A stretch of 51,286 bases of DNA, taken from the IMG/VR virus record IMGVR_UViG_3300045919_000132, positions 1 to 51,286 of that record, one strand, 5' to 3'. This document shows, one piece after another, positions 17,290 to 26,395 of the stretch (position 1 is its first letter; each line of letters opens with the position of its first letter). The notes under the pieces are model-generated. The model had not been told where the DNA came from, ran no database searches, and worked only from the letters and a program-made list of their open reading frames with translations. The position numbers were made by a program, and so were the translations under genes. The stretch is from a virus. Taxonomy: Duplodnaviria > Caudoviricetes.

Positions 17290-18111
17290 TTACGCTTTCG
17301 CGGTACGCTTGCCTTTCGGCGCGTCAGACTTGATGCCTTTCCGCGCCTTGTGCATTGCGCCTTGTATCACAGTCACGGCTGCGACATGCGCCGCTTCTTT
17401 GCCTTGTTGTTCGCGCCACGCCTGCATTGCGGAGGCGCTTTCCTTCGCATCGACAAGGGTCAGGATCGCAAGCAAGTCAAGCAAACACTGGGGGGCCGCG
17501 CCTTGGATTTTCGGCGCAACCGCCTTGCTCTTGACGGTCTCAACCTTACCCGCTAGTGCCGTGTGCGCCGATGCGGCCCATGCTGCGAGGGTAGGCAATT
17601 TGCGCGGGGCCTGTTCGACGGCATTGGCACGAGCAAAGTACTTTCCCATTTCGTTAATGTAATGCGAAGCGGAGCCGCGCACCTTGAGCAGGTTTTCCCG
17701 AATTTCCGCATCGCGTGCCGTAGGAATTTCACCCTTGGCAAGACGCTTGACTTCTGGAAAGGCTTGCTTGTATGCCTTGAAGTACAAGGCATGTTCCAGA
17801 GTACCCTTTAGGGCCAGATAGTCCGGCGACCAGCCGTTTTCGTCTTTTGACTTGTCAAAGCATGACGGCCCGAACACGTTCGGCGCAACCATGCTCATTT
17901 CAAGCCACTGGCATTCCCGTTCGGCATCGTTACCGAAAAGCTCGAGGAATTTCGTTTCAAAGCCTTTAGCTGTTTTGATGCCCATGATCGCATCGCGTTC
18001 CTGCGCCTCCTTGAGCGCCAACAATTCGGCCTGCGATGCGGCCGGCAGGGTTTTGGAAACAGCCGCGACACTGGCCTTGACTACGGGTTTTGCTGCTTTG
18101 GCGTTAGCCAT
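17290..18111 (-). CDS. Ala/Lys-rich early protein, function unknown
   Basis: 273 aa, AAGG RBS, has its own terminator. Confidence 0.85.
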   Translation of the reverse strand: MANAKAAKPVVKASVAAVSKTLPAASQAELLALKEAQERDAIMGIKTAKGFETKFLELFGNDAERECQWLEMSMVAPNVFGPSCFDKSKDENGWSPDYLALKGTLEHALYFKAYKQAFPEVKRLAKGEIPTARDAEIRENLLKVRGSASHYINEMGKYFARANAVEQAPRKLPTLAAWAASAHTALAGKVETVKSKAVAPKIQGAAPQCLLDLLAILTLVDAKESASAMQAWREQQGKEAAHVAAVTVIQGAMHKARKGIKSDAPKGKRTAKA

Positions 18112-18192
18112 GGTGTTACCTTTCGCGCCGATAACGCGGCGCATCGTTGGGACTAAATGCCCCGATATGCCCCTAACGGCATATCGTGGAAT

Positions 18193-18390
18193 TCAGAAAG
18201 GCCAGTTTTTTTCCCGTTCGGCAAGTTTTGCCTTAACCCGTTCGGGGGCCTTGTAATCGTAGGCACTCCAATTCATACGGTGCGCCGCGACATACCGGTA
18301 ACGCACATGGCGCGAATTGAATCCCGCACATTGCACATGCGGGTAGTTCCGAAGCAGATACCAGACATAGAACCTAGTCATTTCATACAC
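18193..18390 (-). CDS. Small early protein
   Basis: Follows the promoter at 18414..18442; GGGAG RBS (true start probably a slightly downstream ATG). Confidence 0.65.
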   Translation of the reverse strand: MYEMTRFYVWYLLRNYPHVQCAGFNSRHVRYRYVAAHRMNWSAYDYKAPERVKAKLAEREKNWPF

Positions 18391-18413
18391 TCCCTGTTAA
18401 CCATCGAAACCCT

Positions 18414-18442
18414 AGTCTATACCCTTTCGAGGGAATGTGCAA
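18414..18442 (-). promoter_or_regulatory. sigma70-like early promoter
   Basis: TTGCAC-17nt-TAGACT. Confidence 0.6.
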
Positions 18443-18469
18443 GTACCCCAGAGGGTCCGATGCGATAAA

Positions 18470-18486
18470 TATAGAGGGTGTCTATA
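18470..18486. repeat. Palindrome A copy
   Basis: tatagagggtgtctata. Confidence 0.8.
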
Positions 18487-18753
18487 AGTACCGCATACAG
18501 TGGTTTTCACTGTATAAACCTCAAGTAAATTCGCAATGCTGTGGTTTTGTACAGTGCCCTAGGAATCGCGTAGGGGCGCACCACGCCACGCGAGGCGGTG
18601 CCGATGCCGTGCTATGTCCGACGCTCTGACTTCGCCCATGGCCCTTCTAGATGCCTTGCCGGGGAATGACATTGGCATAAGTTGCCTCTTTTTTGAGCGT
18701 TGTTCGCAATCCGAACATTCGGCTCTGCGCCCCGCGCACATGCCATTGTCATT

Positions 18754-18770
18754 TATAGACACCATCTATA
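18754..18770. repeat. Palindrome A copy, inverted orientation
   Basis: tatagacaccatctata = reverse complement of tatagatggtgtctata. Confidence 0.85.
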
Positions 18771-19138
18771 GTTGTAACGGTTTAAACGGTATAAACGGTT
18801 TAAATCCTTACTGGGTTCATGGGTATTGTCGGGGAGGGAGATCGATCGTATCCCATTGAATTGTATGCAATGCAATTGGACGCAATAGAACGGCCTACAA
18901 CGAACGAACGAGGCTTCAAGCTACCTACCCCTCAACCTGTACTACAAATCGATTCTAGATGCCTCCTGATCGATTCTAGAGGCATTATATGAAGGGGGTG
19001 GGGGGGAAAACATGCTGGCTTGATATTTGGGGAGAGAGGCAATGATATATTGCTATAATTTTATGGGGGGATGACGTTTTAATTATAAAGGCGAAGCTCG
19101 GCGATAAAGCCAGCCTCGCGTTGAAGTTCTATGGGGAG

Positions 19139-19237
19139 TATATATAATATAATATATAATAATAAATAAAAAGAATAATATAATATATAAATATAATAAT
19201 ATATAATATAAATACATATATATATTAATATATATTA
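19139..19237. other. Extreme AT tract (candidate unwinding element / origin) in the divergent intergenic region
   Basis: 99 nt with only 2 G/C. Confidence 0.5.
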
Positions 19238-19265
19238 GGGTAACATATAAATCGTCTTAAGTCAA
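19237..19265 (-). promoter_or_regulatory. Possible leftward sigma70 promoter
   Basis: TTGACT-17nt-TACCCT with extended TG. Confidence 0.45.
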
Positions 19266-19323
19266 TACAATTCGTCTTAAATTAAAAAAATAGGATCTTT
19301 TTTTATAATTATAAAAATATTTC

Positions 19324-19352
19324 TTGACTTTTAAGATATTTTAGTGTATAAT
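19324..19352 (+). promoter_or_regulatory. sigma70-like promoter of the rightward (late) arm
   Basis: TTGACT-17nt-TATAAT with an AT-rich UP region. Confidence 0.8.
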
Positions 19353-19385
19353 GTGCGTTATGTTGTAAAAACTTACAAGGACTCT

Positions 19386-19718
19386 ATGACCAAACTAATT
19401 GCAACCCTCGTCTTACTTATTTCTACTTCGTCTTACGCGCAGTCGTTTAACCAAGCGGGTTGCCAACTTTTTGGTTCGGTCGCTGCTGGCTCCGCCGCAG
19501 AACGCCTCGGTAAGGTTCCCAAAGGCCAGACTTTTAAAGCTCTGGAAGAAATGCTTCCCCGTGATTCTGATCCGGGCAACGCCTATGAGGCGTTTGATTC
19601 TGTATTTAATAAATACAAGTTTAAAAAGACCACTCCTGAAAAAGCATTCGAAATCGAATTCAAACACTGTCTGGAAACAGGTGGTGATATTTCTAAACTC
19701 ACAACTCCTAAAATTTAA
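19386..19718 (+). CDS. Predicted exported protein
   Basis: Signal peptide MTKLIATLVLLISTSSYA/Q; two Cys; AAGGA RBS. Confidence 0.75.
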   Translation: MTKLIATLVLLISTSSYAQSFNQAGCQLFGSVAAGSAAERLGKVPKGQTFKALEEMLPRDSDPGNAYEAFDSVFNKYKFKKTTPEKAFEIEFKHCLETGGDISKLTTPKI

Positions 19719-19720
19719 AC

Positions 19721-20275
19721 ATGTCTAAAACAGTTCGTCGCGCCCAGAGCGCGGAAGGCAAACACTGGTCTGATTCCCAGAAGGTAGATGCTGTCAAAAC
19801 CTTTGTGGTCTTTGGCAACGTCCCTGCGGTCGAGTCTGCTCTTGGTGTTCCCCGCAAGACAGTTCATTATTGGAAAACCCAGCAGTGGTGGAAAGACCTT
19901 GAATCTGAGATTCGTGCTGGTGACGACATTGAGTTGTCGGCCAAATTAAAGAAAGTAATTGACAAAAGCGTTGAGGTTCTTGGTGATCGGCTGGACAAAG
20001 GTGACTTTGTTTATGATCAGAAGTCCGGAGAATTAAAACGCAGGCCCGTGTCTATGCGTGATGCGCATGTGGTGGCAAAAGATTTGATTGACAAAAAAAG
20101 GGTGCTTGATAACAAGCCTACCCAAATTACAGAAACCCGTATTGAGGATCGTTTGGCAATGCTGGCTCAGAAGTTTGAGGACTTTGCTCTTTCGTTTAAA
20201 CGGGATGAAAAAGTTATTGATGGTACTTTAATTTACGAAGAGATAGAGGCGGACCCCAATGCCGTTCATGACTAA
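19721..20275 (+). CDS. terS: Terminase small subunit
   Basis: N-terminal HTH (VESALGVPRKTVHYWK), helical middle, upstream of TerL. Confidence 0.75.
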   Translation: MSKTVRRAQSAEGKHWSDSQKVDAVKTFVVFGNVPAVESALGVPRKTVHYWKTQQWWKDLESEIRAGDDIELSAKLKKVIDKSVEVLGDRLDKGDFVYDQKSGELKRRPVSMRDAHVVAKDLIDKKRVLDNKPTQITETRIEDRLAMLAQKFEDFALSFKRDEKVIDGTLIYEEIEADPNAVHD

Positions 20276-20555
20276 TGGAAAACGAGATTATGCAAAAGAA
20301 TACGCATGGATCAAGCGAACTGGTGGCCTTAAAAAGATCGCTGCAAGAGTCCAAGCCCGGCGAAACGTCATTAAAAAAGTCGGAGCTGCTGCCGTCCGAG
20401 GTAAAGATGTGGATCACAAACAAGCTCTTTCTCATGGCGGAACTAACGCAGCGGGTAACCTTCGAATCCTGTCTCGCTCCCGTAATCGGAGCTTCAGCCG
20501 TAATGCTGACGGTTCGATGAAATCAGAAACTTCCAAAAAAGAACGGAAAAAATAA
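20259..20555 (+). CDS. Small HNH endonuclease
   Basis: DVDHKQALSHGGTN...NLRILS...NR. Confidence 0.85.
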   Translation: MPFMTNGKRDYAKEYAWIKRTGGLKKIAARVQARRNVIKKVGAAAVRGKDVDHKQALSHGGTNAAGNLRILSRSRNRSFSRNADGSMKSETSKKERKK

Positions 20556-22088
20556 ATGCTTAATGCCAACACAATTCACGGTTTTGTCGGGAGTATGTTG
20601 GCTAAGAAGTTTGATGGTGCAACTAAATCTCCCGGCTGTCATATGGAATGGTGGGATATTTGTTGCAGTCCTTCCCGGTATGTTGCCTTAGCTGCCCCAC
20701 GCGGACATGCTAAATCAACGGCGGTGACTCTCTGCTATGGTTTAGCAACGCTTCTCTTTAGAGAACGAAAGTTCATGTTAATGGTGTCTGACACCGAGGC
20801 CCAAGCCTCCATGTTCCTCGGCTCTTTAAAGCAGGAATTGCAGGACAACGATGAGTTGATTGATCTGTTTGGTCTTAAACGAGATGAGAAAGGTTTAGTC
20901 AAGTTTATCAAAGACAGTGAAACAGACATCATTGTTGAATTTGAAGACGGCCACAAGTTTCGAGTAATAGCTAAGGGCGCGGAGCAGAAACTCCGGGGCC
21001 TGAACTGGAATGGAACACGACCCGATTTGATTATCGGTGACGATATTGAGAACGATGAACTTGTTATGAACAAGGATCGTAGGGAGAAAATGCGTCGTTG
21101 GTTCTATTCGGCGCTATTACCCGCACTCTCTCCTCATGGATTAGTTAGAATTGTAGGTACTATCCTACACATGGACTCACTTCTTGAGCGGCTAATGCCT
21201 GAAAATCAACTTCTGACCAAAGATAAGAAGGCTTATCTGGTTGAAGAACCTCTTCGGACCTATACAACACGTCGGTTGCCATGGAAATCCATGCGCTATC
21301 GCGCCCATAGTGCTGATTTTACCAGTATTTTGTGGAAAGAAAGGTTTGATGCTCAATTTTTTAAAGATAAATACCTAGATTACTCTGCTCAGGGATTACC
21401 TGATGCGTATTCACAGGAATATTTGAATATTCCTATTGATGAATCCACAGCTTATTTTAAAAAGACAGATTTTTTAGCATTAAATGATGAAGAACGTAAA
21501 GCCAGGTTAAATTATTACATTACGGTTGACTTGGCTATTTCTGGCAGCGAGCGTGCAGACTATTCTGTATTCCTCGTGGCCGGAATTGATGAAAACAAAC
21601 GCATTCAGGTGCGGAACGTAATACGGGATAGGCTGGATGGCCGTGAGATTGTTGACACAATCCTTGCGCTTCAGACCACCTATGATCCGATTGCGATTGG
21701 AATTGAAGACATGCAGGTTAGCAAATCGATTGGTCCTTTTCTTTATGAAGAGATGATAAATCGAAACGTGTATCCTACCATCGTTAACATGAAGCATATG
21801 GGGCAGGATAAACTAACCCGTGCAAGGTCCATTCAAGCGCGTATGCGCGCAGGAGGTGTTAAATTTGACAAAGATTCAGATTGGTATCAAACCTTTGAAG
21901 ATGAATGTTCCCGGTTTCCACGCGACAAAAATGATGACCAAGTAGACGCTTTTGCGTACCTTGGACTTCTACTAGATAAATTAATTGAAGCTCCCACTGA
22001 CTTAGAGGTAGCTAAAGAAGAATATGAGGACGAACTAAATGACTCCGGACTTTCCTTCTCAGGACGCAATTCCACAACCGGATATTAA
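20556..22088 (+). CDS. terL: Terminase large subunit
   Basis: APRGHAKST Walker A, IIGDDIE Walker B, VGT, TVDLA, DDQVDA nuclease motif. Confidence 0.95.
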   Translation: MLNANTIHGFVGSMLAKKFDGATKSPGCHMEWWDICCSPSRYVALAAPRGHAKSTAVTLCYGLATLLFRERKFMLMVSDTEAQASMFLGSLKQELQDNDELIDLFGLKRDEKGLVKFIKDSETDIIVEFEDGHKFRVIAKGAEQKLRGLNWNGTRPDLIIGDDIENDELVMNKDRREKMRRWFYSALLPALSPHGLVRIVGTILHMDSLLERLMPENQLLTKDKKAYLVEEPLRTYTTRRLPWKSMRYRAHSADFTSILWKERFDAQFFKDKYLDYSAQGLPDAYSQEYLNIPIDESTAYFKKTDFLALNDEERKARLNYYITVDLAISGSERADYSVFLVAGIDENKRIQVRNVIRDRLDGREIVDTILALQTTYDPIAIGIEDMQVSKSIGPFLYEEMINRNVYPTIVNMKHMGQDKLTRARSIQARMRAGGVKFDKDSDWYQTFEDECSRFPRDKNDDQVDAFAYLGLLLDKLIEAPTDLEVAKEEYEDELNDSGLSFSGRNSTTGY

Positions 22089-24126
22089 TCCGGAAGAGCA
22101 ACAAGCCCAGCAGGACAGTCAGATTGAGCGTTTTCTTGATTCGACTAATATTGCTTTAGATATTGATGATGATGTCCTTAAAACCATCGGTATGCAAGTA
22201 CACGAAGGTTACATTAACGACAAAGAATCCCGCCTTGAATGGGAGAAGCAATACGATGAGTGGCTAAATTTAGCCGTGCAGGTCAAGGAAGAAAAGTCGT
22301 GGCCTTGGCCGAATGCCTCGAACGTAAAGTTTCCCTTGGTGTCCACGGCTGCTATGCAGTTTGCAGCTCGTGCATATCCCACACTAATCCCTTCGGATGG
22401 TCGGATTGTAAAGGCTCAGGTTATTGGTTCTGACCCGCAAATGGAAAAGCAGAAACGTGCTGATCGCGTTTCCAAGTTTATGTCTTTTCAAGTTCTTCAC
22501 GAAATGGACAATTGGGAAGAAGACATGGACAAGCTTCTCTTTATGCTTCCTATTGCCGGTACAGTTTTTAAGAAAACGTTTCACGATCAATCGTCCGATA
22601 AAAACAGTTCAGTGTTAGTTGATCCCAAGAATTTGGTGGTTAATTACTGGACCAAGGATTTGGACAACTCTGAACGAATTACAGAAGTAGTCTGGAAATC
22701 TAAGCGAGCGGTTACTGAAAACCAGCGTTTGGAAATCTATCGGGAAGTTGATCTTCCCAGCCCTAAGAAATATGATGACAAGGCAGATCAAACAGGAATG
22801 GTTAAACCGGGTAATTTGGATGACACCACGCCATACATGTTGCTTGAACAGCACATGTTTTATGATCTAGATGAAGATGGGTATGCCGAACCTTACGTTA
22901 TTCTGATTGAAGAGCAATCTAAGGAAGTTCTTCGGATTACTCCGCGGTTTGCTAAAGATTCAATCAAAGCCAAAGAAGGTAAAATCCAAAAGATTGAGCC
23001 TTTAAATTTTTACACAAAGTATGAGTTTATTCCTAACCCTGATGGTGGATTTTATGGAATTGGGTTCGGTTATTTGCTTGGACCTTTGAATGACTCCGCC
23101 AACACGTTGATCAACCAACTGATTGATGCAGGTACGTTGAACAACCTTCAATCCGGATTCATCGGTAAAGGATTGCGTATTAAGATGGGCGACTCCCAGT
23201 TTAAACCGGGAGAATGGAAGCCCGTTAATGCAACTGGTCAAGACATTAAACAACAAATTTTCCCGCTGCCTACCAAGGAACCGTCACCGGTTCTTTTTAA
23301 GCTGTTGGAACTGATTATCCAGTCTACTAAAGAGCTGGCATCTGTTGCAGAAATCTTTACAGGTAAGATGCCGGGGCAAAACACTCCCGCAACTACCACA
23401 ATGGCAACTGTAGAGCAGGGCATGAAAGTGTTTACTGCAATTTACAAGCGGATTTACCGTTCGTTGTCCAAAGAATTTAAAAAGCTGTATCGGTTAAATT
23501 ATTTGTACGTTGACCCTAATACAGAAACAATGGTTTTGGATGAACCTATCGGTCCTGAAGATTTCAGTCAAAAGGGTTACGATATTTGTCCGGCTGCCGA
23601 TCCGAATGCTTCTTCGCAGCAAGAAAAACTGCAAAAAGCGCAAGGATTGATGGAATTGATGCCTCTTGGCACAATTGATCCTATGAAGGTTACTGAGCGT
23701 ATTCTTATTGCTCAGGAACAACCCCAGTGGGAGCAACTGATTCGTCAAGGTCCTCCTCCGCCTGATCCGAAAACGCAAGAAATGCAAATGAAGATGCAGA
23801 TGGAACAACAGAGTGCTGCGGTTAAATCCCAAGCCCTCCAACAAAAGATGGAACTGGACGGACGTGATAAACAACAGCAAATGGCAATGAAGGCACAAGA
23901 ACATGCCGTTGCTATTCAAGCCAAAGCTAAAACAGCTCAACTTGACGCTGCTGCTAAAGAGCATAATCAAAAGATTTTCATGGCTGATGCCTTGGGTAAG
24001 TTACAAACTAACCAAGCATTGAATCAGCAAAAAGTTGTTCATACACAGGAGATGAATAAATTACAAAGGAACAATACGAAGAGTGGCGGCAACACCCCGG
24101 CACGAAAGAGTTCTTCGAACAAGTAA
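22039..24126 (+). CDS. Portal protein
   Basis: 695 aa after TerL; PWPNASN, FYGIGFG, NQLIDAG, Q-rich C-terminal barrel. Confidence 0.9.
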   Translation: MTPDFPSQDAIPQPDINPEEQQAQQDSQIERFLDSTNIALDIDDDVLKTIGMQVHEGYINDKESRLEWEKQYDEWLNLAVQVKEEKSWPWPNASNVKFPLVSTAAMQFAARAYPTLIPSDGRIVKAQVIGSDPQMEKQKRADRVSKFMSFQVLHEMDNWEEDMDKLLFMLPIAGTVFKKTFHDQSSDKNSSVLVDPKNLVVNYWTKDLDNSERITEVVWKSKRAVTENQRLEIYREVDLPSPKKYDDKADQTGMVKPGNLDDTTPYMLLEQHMFYDLDEDGYAEPYVILIEEQSKEVLRITPRFAKDSIKAKEGKIQKIEPLNFYTKYEFIPNPDGGFYGIGFGYLLGPLNDSANTLINQLIDAGTLNNLQSGFIGKGLRIKMGDSQFKPGEWKPVNATGQDIKQQIFPLPTKEPSPVLFKLLELIIQSTKELASVAEIFTGKMPGQNTPATTTMATVEQGMKVFTAIYKRIYRSLSKEFKKLYRLNYLYVDPNTETMVLDEPIGPEDFSQKGYDICPAADPNASSQQEKLQKAQGLMELMPLGTIDPMKVTERILIAQEQPQWEQLIRQGPPPPDPKTQEMQMKMQMEQQSAAVKSQALQQKMELDGRDKQQQMAMKAQEHAVAIQAKAKTAQLDAAAKEHNQKIFMADALGKLQTNQALNQQKVVHTQEMNKLQRNNTKSGGNTPARKSSSNK

Positions 24127-24254
24127 ATGGGAGACGCCTTGATATTATTGAGGCGCTTTCCCTATCCGCTGGGCTAGATTCCAGCAATGATCGGTTTCAC
24201 GCAGGAGTTATTTTTGCCCTACGTGAGATTCAAGATGTAGACTTTATTCAATAG
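24060..24254 (+). CDS. Hypothetical 64-aa protein with a probable ATT start
   Basis: (M)TKEQYEEWRQHPGTKEFF...VDFIQ fills the portal-GroES gap; AGGAG 8 nt upstream of the ATT. Confidence 0.6.
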   Translation: MTKEQYEEWRQHPGTKEFFEQVNGRRLDIIEALSLSAGLDSSNDRFHAGVIFALREIQDVDFIQ

Positions 24255-24262
24255 GAGAATAT

Positions 24263-24595
24263 ATGGCACTAACCCCTTGTGGACACCGAATTCTAATTCG
24301 TCATGATAAGCTTGAAGATGTAGATGACACTTTCAAAGCCGCTAAACGAGCCGGAATTGAAATCCCCAAAGAATTTAAAGAAATTCGTTTGGAACAAAAT
24401 GCAGTTGATAAAGGAATTGTTATTGCGATTGGACATACTGCATGGAAGGATTTTGGTGGTGATCCGTGGTGTGCTGTTGGCGATTACATTGCGTTTGCGC
24501 GACACGCTGGCAAGTACATTGAAGACCCTGAGACTAAAGAAGAATTCGTTCTTCTGAATGATGAAGACATTGTTTGTGTTATTAAAGGAATGTAA
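24263..24595 (+). CDS. groES: GroES-like co-chaperonin
   Basis: PCGHRILI, AGIEIP, GIVIAIG, VGDYIAFARHAG, LLNDEDI. Confidence 0.88.
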   Translation: MALTPCGHRILIRHDKLEDVDDTFKAAKRAGIEIPKEFKEIRLEQNAVDKGIVIAIGHTAWKDFGGDPWCAVGDYIAFARHAGKYIEDPETKEEFVLLNDEDIVCVIKGM

Positions 24596-25354
24596 ATGAG
24601 CGACGAAATTAACGACGCACCGGATATTGATCCGATTGAAAGCCAAGCCCGTGATCAGGGCTGGACATCTAAAGAAGAATTTGAAGCCAACCCTGCCAAT
24701 GAAGGCAAGAAGTGGCGCTCTGCTGAAGAGTTTGTTGATCGTGGGGAGTTGTTCTCCAAGATTGACGAATTGGCCCGTAAAGCCAAAAGCACTCAAAAAG
24801 CTTTAGATCAACTTTCCGAACATCACAAGCGAGTCAAAGAAACAGAGTTTAAACGTGCTCTAGATTCTCTGAAAGATCAGAAGCGAACGGCCCTTGAAGA
24901 AGGTGACGCGGATGCTTTGATTGCAATCGACGACCAAATTATGGAAGTCAAACAGGCACAAAAAGTTGCGGTTACACAAACCCAAAACGAATTGCCTGAA
25001 GAACTTAATCAATGGATTAGTAAAAATAAGTGGTATGAGTCGGATAAAGACATGGCAGAGGATGCCGATGCTCTTGGAGTTGGATATAAATCCAAGAATC
25101 CGGGTAAATCTCCGACAGAAGTTCTTGACTATGTTGAACGACAAATCAAGAAACTTTATCCCGAAAAGTTTACTAACGTGAATCGGCCAAAGACCGCCGT
25201 AGAATCGCCGTCCAATAGGGGAACGGTAAAGACCTCGGGTTATTCCCTGAGTGAAGATGAAGAACGTGTTGCTCGGAACTTTGAACGTAGCGGAATCATG
25301 ACCCGCGCGGAATACATCAAAGAACTTCGTGCAATTGATGCGAAAGGACGCTAA
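24596..25354 (+). CDS. Capsid scaffolding protein
   Basis: Acidic coiled coil; GW..KEEF, W...NKWY motifs; lies between portal and capsid. Confidence 0.7.
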   Translation: MSDEINDAPDIDPIESQARDQGWTSKEEFEANPANEGKKWRSAEEFVDRGELFSKIDELARKAKSTQKALDQLSEHHKRVKETEFKRALDSLKDQKRTALEEGDADALIAIDDQIMEVKQAQKVAVTQTQNELPEELNQWISKNKWYESDKDMAEDADALGVGYKSKNPGKSPTEVLDYVERQIKKLYPEKFTNVNRPKTAVESPSNRGTVKTSGYSLSEDEERVARNFERSGIMTRAEYIKELRAIDAKGR

Positions 25355-25356
25355 AA

Positions 25357-25743
25357 ATGGCAGTTACTAGTCGGGTTCGTAGAAGCCCAATTAACGGTGT
25401 GCGAAACAAACTTACCCTTCCTAAAGAATATCAGGATGACAAGGATCATAAGTACCGTTTTGCATATGACACTGACACACGTATCGACGATCTCCGCGAA
25501 CAGGGATACGAAGTAGTCACTACAACTAAACAGGTGCAAATTGGTGATAAACGTGCGGCTGACCCAACTCCAGTTGGTTCTGTTGTTACTACTCCTTCAG
25601 GCCCAAATAAACTTGTCTTGATGCGAATCAAGAAAGAGTATTGGGATGAGGATCGGGCAACAGAACAAACAGAAGTTGATAAAAGCGAACAAACACTAAA
25701 AGCGCCTTCAGGTCTTACTGGAACGATTACTATCGAAAAGTAA
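25357..25743 (+). CDS. Head-region hypothetical protein
   Basis: YRF...RI....QGYEVV...LMRI motif. Confidence 0.7.
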   Translation: MAVTSRVRRSPINGVRNKLTLPKEYQDDKDHKYRFAYDTDTRIDDLREQGYEVVTTTKQVQIGDKRAADPTPVGSVVTTPSGPNKLVLMRIKKEYWDEDRATEQTEVDKSEQTLKAPSGLTGTITIEK

Positions 25744-25768
25744 GACCATTAATATTGAAGGATATTAA

Positions 25769-26380
25769 ATGGCAAATGTATCGAAACCGACTGGATTCCG
25801 GCCGGTGAAACATACTACAGGTGCCCCCTATAACGGTCAAGCGAATTTGTATTATGTTTCGTCTGCTTCGTCCATTATTCTTGCGGGTGATCCTGTAAAA
25901 TACGGCGGCACTGCTGACGCCAACGGTATTGCTACCGTTGATCGCGCTGCTGCTGGCGACACTCCCGTTGGGATTGTTGTTGGAATTCTTAACTCTAAGT
26001 TTGACCCGGTTGGTAAACTGACCACAGGTTCGACTGCGCTGGATATTCCTGCGCTGACTCAGGTTAACACGGGTGCTGCTGCCTATGTTCTGGTTGCTGA
26101 CGCTCCTGATCTGGTCATGGAAGTTGAAACTTCAGGCACGACAGCTCTTGTTGACGTCGGCCTTAATGCTAACCTTGCTCTGGGTTCCCGTACTACTTCG
26201 ACTACTGTCTCTCCGGCGGTTCTCGACATGTCGACCAAAGCCACTACTGCAACTCTTATTTTCAACCTGATCGGCTATGCCCAGCGTGTTGATAATGATC
26301 CTACCTCTACCGGTGCTAAAGCTCTTGTGACGTTTAACGTCCATCAGTTCAAGTCTGTCGGTACGGCTGGTATTGCTTAA
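25769..26380 (+). CDS. Capsid decoration / minor head protein
   Basis: MAN...GFRPV, GDPV; immediately upstream of the MCP. Confidence 0.65.
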   Translation: MANVSKPTGFRPVKHTTGAPYNGQANLYYVSSASSIILAGDPVKYGGTADANGIATVDRAAAGDTPVGIVVGILNSKFDPVGKLTTGSTALDIPALTQVNTGAAAYVLVADAPDLVMEVETSGTTALVDVGLNANLALGSRTTSTTVSPAVLDMSTKATTATLIFNLIGYAQRVDNDPTSTGAKALVTFNVHQFKSVGTAGIA

Positions 26381-26395
26381 TAAAGGAGCTAGAAT

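Noticed and set aside
20259-20555. Mobile homing endonuclease
   Set aside because: A minimal HNH between terS and terL fits a packaging-associated role; no DNA-binding extension or intron context.
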